From the NCBI GenBank assembly GCA_010093815.1, contig ML996596.1: 20,000 nt of DNA. One strand, written 5' to 3'. The translations under genes and the position numbers were made by a program. The first letter of the stretch is position 1; each line of letters begins with the position of its first letter. Under the pieces are notes generated by a model. It did not search any database. It saw nothing but the letters and a program-made list of their open reading frames with translations, and had not been told where the DNA came from. This DNA comes from Pseudovirgaria hyperparasitica (Eukaryota). Of the stretch, positions 10,431 to 20,000 are shown piece after piece.

Positions 10431-10651
10431 TAACCTCTGCATCTACACGTGCTATCTAAGGGTAAAATAACGGTAATATAGGCTATAGGCTAATAGGTAT
10501 ACCCTATAGCTATATACTTAAGAAGAAATAAAGGTTTAACGAGATGTAATTATTAATATAAGGAAGTTTTCCCCTCTTAGGTTTCTTCTTATATAGTAGC
10601 CTAGACTAGAGGAGGCATAGGCCTATAGAGTACTACTCTACCTAGTTATAT

Positions 10652-10671
10652 AATATTATTATTATTATTAT
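10652..10671 (+). repeat. 3' (TAT)n tail of LINE copy 1
   Basis: aatattattattattattat at the element end, immediately followed by the TSD; copy 2 has the same tail. Confidence 0.9.
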
Positions 10672-10689
10672 AGAATAATATAAATAGTC

Positions 10690-11027
10690 TTAAGAGACGT
10701 TTATAAGTCTAATCTTACTAATAAAGTCTTGAAATTTCTCTTTATTAGTTTGTTTAGTTAGATTATCACTTAATATAGTACTAGTATTTTCGTAAACTAG
10801 TTCTATTTTATTAGAGCTTAGATTTTCTCTAATAAAGTAATAAGTAATATCTATATACTTAGTCCTAGCATGGTATATAGGGTTTTTAGCTAGTTCTATA
10901 GTACTTAAAGAGTCTGTTTTAATAGTATTCATTTTATTAAAGATCTTATAATATTCTTTAATATTAGAGTTACTATTAAAGAGTTCTTTAATAAAATTAT
11001 TTAAGAATAGACTCTCTTTAGTAGCTT
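10690..11027 (-). pseudogene. Copia B RNase H C-terminal domain
   Basis: KATKESLFL...DSLSTIELAKNPIYHARTKYIDITYYFIRE...LSDNLTK matches the Ty1/Copia RNase H consensus (DNxSAIxLAxNPxxHxRTKHIDIxYHFIRE...ADxLTK). Confidence 0.93.
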
Positions 11028-11612
11028 NNNNNNNNNNNNNNNNNNNNNNNNNNNNNNNNNNNNNNNNNNNNNNNNNNNNNNNNNNNNNNNNNNNNNNNNN
11101 NNNNNNNNNNNNNNNNNNNNNNNNNNNNNNNNNNNNNNNNNNNNNNNNNNNNNNNNNNNNNNNNNNNNNNNNNNNNNNNNNNNNNNNNNNNNNNNNNNNN
11201 NNNNNNNNNNNNNNNNNNNNNNNNNNNNNNNNNNNNNNNNNNNNNNNNNNNNNNNNNNNNNNNNNNNNNNNNNNNNNNNNNNNNNNNNNNNNNNNNNNNN
11301 NNNNNNNNNNNNNNNNNNNNNNNNNNNNNNNNNNNNNNNNNNNNNNNNNNNNNNNNNNNNNNNNNNNNNNNNNNNNNNNNNNNNNNNNNNNNNNNNNNNN
11401 NNNNNNNNNNNNNNNNNNNNNNNNNNNNNNNNNNNNNNNNNNNNNNNNNNNNNNNNNNNNNNNNNNNNNNNNNNNNNNNNNNNNNNNNNNNNNNNNNNNN
11501 NNNNNNNNNNNNNNNNNNNNNNNNNNNNNNNNNNNNNNNNNNNNNNNNNNNNNNNNNNNNNNNNNNNNNNNNNNNNNNNNNNNNNNNNNNNNNNNNNNNN
11601 NNNNNNNNNNNN
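11028..11612. other. Assembly gap (N run) within Copia B pol
   Basis: Run of N bases between the RT and RNase H segments. Confidence 1.
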
Positions 11613-12451
11613 CTTTATTTCTCCTAAATTAGATACTTCTAATTTAGAGACTCTAGATATATCCTTATAGAGTATATTAATATCTTCTAAATTCTTAGAG
11701 AAGACTAATATATTATCTACATGGGTAGCTAGAATAATATATTTATATTTATGAATATAAATACTATTATCTAATTTTAGATTAATAAAGTCTAGACCCT
11801 CTAATATACTAGCTAGTAGTAATTACCATTATCTACTAGCTTACTTTAATCCATATAGGGCTTTATTTAAGAGACATATAACTCTATTATACTCTTTATT
11901 CTTTATAATAGACGTTATAGTATCTATAGTCTCTTTATCTTTAGAAGATTTTAGAGTTTTCTCTAATATATAATCTTCTAATCCTATAGGAAGTTATATA
12001 TAAGTACTATTATTATCTAGTTTAGCATTAGAAAATGCTTGTTTTATATCCTATTAGTATATTTCCCAATCTAGGTAATTAAATATAGATAATAGTAGTC
12101 TTATAATACTAGGTTTAGAGGTGGAAGCAAAAGTCTCTTTATAATTAATATTATATTTTTAAAGAAACCCTTTAGCTATCTATCTAGCTTTATATTTATC
12201 TATAGAACCGTCTAGTCTTAGTTTAGTCTTTAATACCCATCGACCTTTAATAGGTTTTATATTATTATTAAAGACTAAATCCCAGGTATTATTTTTAATA
12301 AGAGTATCTACCTCTACTTTCATAGCTTCTAAGTAGAGGTTCTTATTAGGGTGTAATAATACCTCTTTATAAGACTTTGGTTCTATAATAGACGTATTTA
12401 GAATATTATAATATACTAGACTATTATATATATCTTTATAAGGTAGAACTT
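11613..12451 (-). pseudogene. Copia B reverse transcriptase (RVT_2 type)
   Basis: Minus strand: EPKSYKEV, DGSIDKYKAR*IAKGFL*KYNINYKETFAS, *DIKQAFSNA, LNKALYGLK*AS, ILATHVDNI (11726-11712; xVDD catalytic motif with D>N). Confidence 0.95.
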
Positions 12452-12502
12452 CTCACACTCTAATGGACTAAACTAGTTAATTCGGGGTAATATAGCGATC
12501 TA

Positions 12503-12517
12503 TATACATTAAACGAT
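12503..12517 (+). repeat. Left TSD of LINE copy 2 (right copy at 15521-15535)
   Basis: tatacattaaacgat is present exactly at 12503-12517 and 15521-15535, but only once (5449-5463) in the uninterrupted copy 1. Confidence 0.93.
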
Positions 12518-15276
12518 TCGCCACGGAGTACATTAGTTACCGGATCCAATACTACCGCCTAGGCCAGGTATAGACGGATTCCGACCACGAATGCATGGAA
12601 ACCGTAATAAACGTATATACTCCGAATAAATAACGGGGACGATAGATATAGAAGGACACCGACTAGGAAAAGTACCTAAAGGACCTAGAATCGGCGATCC
12701 TAGATCCCTCTATAGTTAATATATCTAACGATCTAGCCATAGACTAGGCCGTATAGACACTCCTATAAATATACTAGAATACGAGAAATAAACACGTACT
12801 ATACTAAATATACCGGCCCCCGGAAGTAAAGGGGATTCCTTAAGTATAGAAAAGTAGATAAGACGCCCGAAGGCTATATAGACGCGTATACTATACGAGA
12901 ACACCCGAGTCATAGAAAGAATAGAAGGAAGCGATATAATAACGCGATAAAGTCCTCCGTAACGAAAGGCGTAAATAGTAGTATATAATTACTAGTTAAT
13001 AGACATGATATGTAATAGGGCTATAGCGCATAGCGAAATAGACTAAGAGCGTAGATACTCTAACACCCCCGCTACTTATGCCTTCTCTAATATATTAGGG
13101 GAGAACATACTCTATAGGCCTTAAGAAAACTAAGGCTCTATAGAAGGCCATGTTCCCTCTCCCGGAACTAGTAGACCTATTAGACGTTTACGGCGCCGAA
13201 TACCTATATACGGTAGACATCCCTAAAGAAGTTATAGAGAAGAATATACTTAATATTATTAAGATACTCCTAAATAATAAAGTACCCGGACTAGATGGAA
13301 TTCTAAATCGATGCCTAAAAAGTACTATAAAAGCGACCCTACCACTTATTACTTATATATTCTAAGTATACGTCACATAGGGGTACTACCCCTAGAGCTT
13401 CTAAGTCGCCTATACTATTATACTCCCGAAACTAGGAAAGAGCCCTAACTTCCTAAAGGGATAGAGACTAATCGCCCTTCTCTTCTACCTAGATAAGATA
13501 CTAGAGACTATAATAGTAAAGAAGATAAGTACCGCGGTATAGGAATATAATCTCCTCCCTCCGAACTAGAAGGTAAAGGTAGATAGCTCTCTAATAATAG
13601 CTATCTAATATATTATCGAAGTCGTCTAGACCGTATAGAAATAGGGACGGGTAGTATCGCTCCTCTCCCTCGATATAGCCGGAGCGTTTAATAAGGTAAA
13701 CTATATAAGACTTATTTATAACCTCCGGATAAGACAAATACTAGAATAGATTATACGCTTTATATAGTTATTCCTTATAGGAAGAATAACTTAGATATAT
13801 ATCCCTAGATACTAGAGCGAATATAAAGAGACGGCATGCGGTATCCTATAAGGGAGCACTATCTCTCCGATCCTATTTCTCTTCTTTATAGTAGACCTTC
13901 TTTAAGGAATAAAGTATATAGAGATAGTCAGATACGCCGATAATATATACCTCCTAGCCATTAATAATAATACTAACCGAACGTATAGACGACTAGAATA
14001 GGACCACGAGAGGTGCCTCTAGTAGGTAAAACGCCACGGAGTAAAGTTCGCCCCGGAGAAATACTAGCTTATATACTTTATTAATCGTTAAGGGAAATAG
14101 GTAACTAGGGAAGGCGAACGACGCCCCCGAATCGACGTATTTAACGAACTACTAGTATAAAGCATGCACGCGCTCGGAGTTATACTAGATAGCAAGCTTA
14201 AATGGGGACCACAAGTAGCATACGCCGTCTCTAGGGCCCTCTAGATAGAAGCCGCTATACGACGGATTATAGCCTCCACGTAGGGAACCGCCCGGGATAA
14301 GGCACGCTAGCTATATATATCTATAGCACGACCCGCCTTCACGTACGGACACGAGTACTAGTATACGACCCTTATATAGACTAGGCGAATAAAGCTCGAA
14401 TCTATATAGAACCGTATACTCCGTCTTATATTAGGCGTATATAAAGCTACTAACACGGTACTACTACGACGCGAGATAGACGTTATAAGTATATATAACT
14501 TCTACTAGACATAGAGGGTAGTATACTTTACTAAATAATAAGTATAGAAACGTATAGAAAACGTAGAATATACTTTCGCCGCGCTACGTATATAAATTAG
14601 TATATATTACCGCGCACTCCTATATATAGGCCGGAATCGAATATAGTATAGGTGCTTAATAGAAGCTAACTCTAGCTAAGTAGTATAAGAAGTCCGAGAT
14701 AACCCGGACGCTCTTCTAGACTAGTAGAGCCTTTAAGAACTTATAAAAAATATACGGTCGTGGACTTAAGATAAGTAGAAAGAGGCACTCTATACCTACT
14801 AGACCTCCTAGTAGAATAGGTACCTAGAGTAGATTCGAGGGCCATAGAAGGAACCGAGTAAATAGATATATAAAGGGCTAACGAAAGCCTAAGTATCTAT
14901 ACTTATCTAAGCCCGAACAGGCGCCATAGAACTCCTATACTACATCTATAAGAGAGGCGTCCCCGACACCTCCCTATAGTATAAGGCATACAGCCGGAGA
15001 GGTATAATACGCTACTATCTAGCTATATACCCTAACCTCTATATATAATAGTAATAGCTTATCTACGTTACGAAGACTTTAGATATCGTATAATAGCTTA
15101 ATAAGTACTCTAAGGACGTCTCCCGATAGATACTTATATATCTACTACTCCTCTAGTACTAGTAGACCCGGAAATATATACTAGAAGAGACCCGGTATAC
15201 GCTAGTAGTAACCCGATATATACCGGAAGAACCCTAGGAGAACCCTAATTATTAGTTAAGGGTAGCCCTTAACTAA
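12518..15276 (+). pseudogene. LINE ORF2 fragment (end of endonuclease, RT, CCHC), copy 2
   Basis: DSDHEC, KVPGLDGILNRCL (ORF 13150-13365), LSLDIAGAFNKVN, CGIL*GSTISPILF, YADN at 13933, FAPEKY. Confidence 0.93.
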
Positions 15277-15520
15277 TAACCTCCGTATCTATACGTACTA
15301 CCTAAGGGTAAAATAACGGTAATATAGGCTATAGGCTAATAGGCGTACCCTATAGCTATATACTTAAGACGAAATAGAGGTTTAACGAGATATAGTTATA
15401 GATATAAGGAAGTTTTTCCCTATAGGGTTTCTTCTTATATAGTAGCTTAGACTAGAGGAGGCATAGGCCTATAGAGTACTACTCTACCTAGTTATATAAT
15501 ATTATTATTATTATTATTAT
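12518..15520 (+). mobile_element. 5'-truncated Tad-like LINE copy 2 (divergent subfamily)
   Basis: Begins within the endonuclease domain (equivalent to 7705 of copy 1), ends in a (TAT)n tail at 15498-15523, and is flanked by a 15 bp TSD. It has many synonymous transversions relative to copies 1 and 3. Confidence 0.93.
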
Positions 15521-15730
15521 TATACATTAAACGATAGAGTATACCGAGTATAACAACCTCTAATATATATACGTACATATAGCGTATAATATACGACGAT
15601 ACCGACGTATAGAGACGCTATATATATACACTCGAAGGCTCTTTAATAATATAAGTATAGACTATCTCTAATAAACGCCGATACGCCGACCCCCTTTTTA
15701 TTAGTTATAGATAGCCCTTTACTAATAATT

Positions 15731-17215
15731 ATAGCGGCCTTAGGTACCGACGTACCTTGGCTTCCACCGGGTATACCCCTAATACTAGTATGGTAGAAAC
15801 GGCCATATAGCGGCATATCCTAGAATAATTAAACCCCTATCTAATAAACGACGAATAACTAAGGGCGTATAACGCTATAGATAATAGAGATAGAGGGGAC
15901 CCTACCCGGGGAGACCCTCCCGGATAAGATTAACTACTAGATAGCACGTATAGAGGGGGAAGTCGAGAAGGGAGAAACGGCCCTTCTTAGTATCTTCTAG
16001 AACCTCGTCTAGAATATTAGAGAGCTTACCGTAGGAGTAAAACAGGCGCCGGAACTAGACCCGGAATCTAGACTAGATCGTATAGAGGCCAGCCTATAGA
16101 GGATCTAGGAGGGCCTTACCTAGGGAAAACGCCCTAGCACGTGGATATAGGTTACCGCACCTATAAGTAGAATAGCCATGTTAGCTAAAATACTAAGGGC
16201 ATCTACGGACGGGGCATGTAGTATATAAGTCGCTATCTAGGATAAAGAAGTACTTATATAAGTCTAGTAAGCGTCCCTAAAGGATATTATAAATAAGATT
16301 AATAAATAGAAAGGGATATAGTTAAATATAGTAGCTGCTAAACTCATCCTAGAAGATATAGTACTAACTACTACTACTAACACGGCCTAGTAGACTATCT
16401 TACGCGACCCAAACGCGATTAACGATATCTTCCCTAGCGCGTCCGTCCACGTAACCACGTACCCGATATAGATATATACTATCTCTATCTAAGGACACGT
16501 TATCGGAGAAGACGATATTAAGTAAATAGAGCGATCTAACGAACCGAAGTACCCTAGGATTAAGATTATAAAGGCGTGGTAGAAGAACGTCTAAGGGATT
16601 AAGATAAAATTAAAAAAGTACTCTACTATAATAGTAGAGCTTAGGGACCCCGCTCTCGCCTATAGAATAACGTAGGAGGGCTTCCTAGCTAAAGGAGAGC
16701 TACTTACGGCGGAACTATAGAATAGAGCATAGGTAATAACGCAATGCTTTAACTATTAAGAATATAGGTATACTAGGTAGAGATACTCTTAGAAGACCGC
16801 CTATAGATAGTATAAATAGGGCTATAATACTAAGGAATACCCTTATAAGACGTAGAGCGACGAGACGCGAGATAGGGACACCGCTAAGTACTCTAACTAC
16901 GACGGGAAACACCTATCCTAGTTAGTAATATATATGAAACGTAAGTAGGTCGTAGAATATATTAACGCGATAAAGACAAGAGAGACGAGATAGATATACC
17001 AAGCTATAAGGCCCTCGCTACCCTTGCTACCATCCCTAACTTTACTTATAAATCTAGTAACTACCCCCCGAAGGGGAGAGGACAACGCGTAATAGTATAC
17101 TATATAGAGAAAGATAGGCCGACCCCGGGGTATACTTAAAGCCGCCACCGCGCGAGGATAATTACGCCTTAGCGCTACTAATATATAGACTCGAACTTTC
17201 CCTAGTATCTAATAA
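15731..17215 (+). pseudogene. LINE ORF1, copy 3
   Basis: Colinear with 5659-7143; retains QCFN at 16742 and DGKH in the third knuckle. Confidence 0.88.
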
Positions 17216-20000
17216 GGGTATAAGATACACTTATTATTATATAGGCGAACATATAATATAAACGAGAAAACCAAGCGACGCTCCTAGAAGAGATAGAAGC
17301 TATAATAATAGCTATCTAGAAACTATATAAACACTACTAAACTAATAAGCTAATAATATATCTAGGATACTATACTATCCACCCTACGGGCCCGGATAGG
17401 AGAGTTATATTTTATATATATAAGTTAATCCCGCTCTTAGAATGGTCTTATACTAAACGTAATAACCTCTAGATAATACTATATCTCTAGATAAGTATAG
17501 AGCCTCTCTATATCCATAACATCTATAATTAATAGCGATCGCTTACGCTAGATAATATACTCGAGGGCACCACGACGCTAGAATAACATATTCTCCTAGG
17601 CGACTTTAATCTCTACCATAGATAGTAGGGAGGCCTAGCCGTCGCGAGAGAAGAACTTAGAGTAAGGGAACTATATACACGGTACCATAACTTTCTATAC
17701 CTCCTTATATCTATAGAGTAGATTACCTAGAGGAAATATAAATAGGACGAGGACGGGTCTACGCTCGACCTTACCCTCGCTACTAAGTATATTAGCCATA
17801 GAGTATAGTACTACCGCCCGAGCTAGATATAGACGGACTCCGACCACGAATATATAGAAACCATAATAGACGTCTCTACTCTTAACGAATAATATAGGAA
17901 ATAGCTATAGAAGGATACTAATTAGGATAAATACCTAGAGGACCTAGAATCGGCGATTCTAGACCCCTCTATAGTCGACGTATCTAACGGCCTAGCCATA
18001 GATAAGGCCGTGTAAGTCCTCCTTTAAGTATACTAAGCTATAAGAGATAAACACGTGCTATACTAAATGTATAAACCCCTAGAAGCGAGGGGTATACCTT
18101 AAATACGAGAGTATAGAAGAGACGCCCGTAAACTATATATACGTATATACTATATCCGGACGACCGAGGCATGGGAAGAGTAGAAGGAAGTAGTGCGATA
18201 TTATAATAGGGCCCTCCGTAATAAACGACGAAAATAATAGTATATAATTACTAATAAATACACACGGCAAGCCGTAGGGCTATAGCGTATAGTAAAGTAG
18301 GCTAAGGGTATAGACGCGCCGATACCGCCGCTACTAATACCTCCCCTAATATACTAAGAGAGAATATACTCTATAAGCCCGGAGAAGACAAAGATCTTAC
18401 GTAAAGTTATGTTCCCCCTCCCGGAGCTAGTAGACCTATTAGACATTAATAATACTAAATACCTAGACGTAATTAATATCCCCTAAGAGGTTACCGAGGA
18501 GGATATACTTAACGCCGTTAAAGTACTCCCGAATAATAAGGTACCTAGACCGGATAGAATACTAAATAGATGCCTTAAACGCACTATACTAGCTACCCTA
18601 CCGCTTATTAGTTATATATTTTAAGTATATATTAAGAACGGATACCACCTCTAAAGCTTCCGGGCCGTCTATACCGTTATACTCCCGAAACTAGAGAAGA
18701 ACCCTAGCTCTCTAAAAGGATAGAGGCTAATCGCCCTTCTCTTCTATCTCGGGAAGATACTAAAGGCTACGATCACAAAGAAGATAAGCGCTATAGTATA
18801 GAAATATAACCTCCTCCTAGTAAACTAGAAGGCGAAGGCTAGAAGCTCCCTAATTACCGCTATCTAATATATCCTCGAAGTCATCTAGACCGTATAGAAG
18901 TAGGGATATATAGTAACGCTACTCTCCCTCGACATGGCCGGCGTATTCGATAAAGTAAACTACACGAGACTTATCTATAACTTACGGAAGAGGCGTATAC
19001 CCGCGTAGATTACACGGTTTATATAGTCCTTTCTCGCCGAAAGAGTTACCTAGATATATATCCCTAGATATTAAAGTAAGTACGAGAAGACGGCTTGCGG
19101 TATCCTATAAGGAAGTACTATCTCCCCGATCCTCTTTCTCTTCTTTACTATAGACCTCCTCTAGGGAATATAATATATAGAGGTAGTAGGATACGTAGAT
19201 AATATATACCTTCTAGCTATTAATAATAACACTAGCTAAATATATAGACGACTCGAATAAGACCACGGGAGATACATCTAATAGGTAAAGCGCTACGGAG
19301 TAAAGTTCGCCCCTAAAAAGTACTAACTCATGCACTTTATTAACCGCCATAGGAAATAGGCTACTAGGGAAGGCGAGTAACGCCCTAGAATAGACGCCTT
19401 TAACGAACCGCTAATATAAAGTATACGCGTACTCGGCGTTATAATTAATAATAAGCTTAAATAGGGACCATAGGTAGTATACGCCGTTTCTAGGGCCCTC
19501 TAGATAGAAGCCGCTATACGCCGGATTACGGCCTCTATATAGAGAACTACCTAGAATAAGGCACGCTAACTATATATCTCTATAGTACGACTAGCCTTTA
19601 TATACGGACATAAGTACTAGTACACGGCCCTTATATAGGCTAGGTGAACGAAGCTCAAATCTATATAAAACCGTATACTCCGTCTTATCTCTAGTATATA
19701 TAAAGCTACTACCATAGCGCTACTACGACGCGAGATAAATATGATAAGTATATAGGACTTCTACTAGATATAGAGGGTGGTATACTTTACTAAATAATAA
19801 GCATAGGAACGTATAGAAAATATAGAATATACCTTTACCGCGCTACGCGCGTAAGTTAGCGTATACTACTAAGTACTCTTATATATAGGCCGGACTTAAC
19901 TACGGTATAAGTACCCGATAGAAATAGACTCGAACTAAGTAGTATAAGAGATTAAGAATAATCTAGATACCCTTCTAGACTAATAGAGCCTTTAAGAGCT
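17212..20000 (+). pseudogene. LINE ORF2, copy 3 (3' end beyond the window)
   Basis: Colinear with 7140-9928; retains LLGDFNL, DSDH, LSLDMAGVFDKVN, CGIL*GSTISPILF and GYVDN. Confidence 0.93.

Larger units (their letters stand above)
5386..10670 (+). mobile_element. Full-length non-LTR retrotransposon (Tad-like LINE), copy 1, RIP-inactivated
   Basis: 5' UTR, ORF1 with three zinc knuckles, ORF2 APE-RT-CCHC, 3' UTR, (TAT)n tail and flanking TSD. Colinear with copy 3 at a constant offset of 10072. Confidence 0.95.
5104..12451 (-). mobile_element. Ty1/Copia LTR retrotransposon B (3' LTR, PPT, RNase H, RT), interrupted by LINE insertions and a gap
   Basis: Removing LINE copy 1 and one TSD copy joins the RNase H stop (10690) to a short 3' UTR, PPT and LTR (5385 downwards). 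RT lies at 11613-12451. RT-RNaseH-PPT-LTR order and the motifs are Copia-type. Confidence 0.88.
12452..20000 (+). mobile_element. Tad-like LINE copy 3 (5' end 12452-12517, body resumes at 15521, runs off the window), interrupted by copy 2
   Basis: 12452-12517 matches 5398-5463 and 15521-20000 matches 5449-9928. Differences are almost all transitions except in one tract. Confidence 0.93.

Noticed and set aside
2604..12451. gag-protease and RT-RNaseH as parts of one Copia element
   Set aside because: They are on opposite strands and the associated LTR-like sequences are dissimilar.
12452..12560. Internally deleted LINE (5' end fused to ORF2)
   Set aside because: The exact 15-bp duplication at 12503-12517 and 15521-15535, plus the subfamily difference, are better explained by a nested insertion.
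5340..17148. Short minus-strand ORFs (5340-5675, 6643-6840, 6927-7136, 9141-9356, 12725-12913, 16715-16912, 16918-17148)
   Set aside because: They are antisense to LINE ORFs or the UTR, rich in I/Y/L/V as expected from RIP, and have no motifs. Their duplication simply reflects the LINE copies.

Overview
AT-rich fungal (filamentous ascomycete-like) transposon graveyard with a strong repeat-induced point mutation (RIP) signature. CpA/TpG are nearly absent, TpA is in excess, and Gln/Trp codons have become TAA/TAG in otherwise colinear frames. No intact host gene is present. Reversing C>T/G>A changes by eye gives a nested stack. (1) The N-terminal half of a Helitron RepHel gene on the minus strand (2270 to off-window). 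(2) A plus-strand Ty1/Copia element (probable LTR, gag, zinc knuckle, protease; 2604-4563) that runs into an N gap. (3) A second, minus-strand Copia (3' LTR, PPT, RNase H, RT) split by two Tad-like LINE insertions. (4) A full-length LINE (5386-10670) with a ~18 bp TSD. (5) A second near full-length LINE (12452 to >20000). (6) A 5'-truncated LINE of a divergent subfamily (12518-15520) inserted into that second LINE's 5' UTR with a 15 bp TSD. The most notable observations are the LINE-in-LINE-in-Copia nesting with readable TSDs, a ~180-350 bp inter-subfamily recombination tract in the first LINE, shared TATA-initiated target sites, and an inferred ATGA ORF1/ORF2 overlap. I found no support for a novel functional protein system. 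N gaps: 4564-5103 and 11028-11612.
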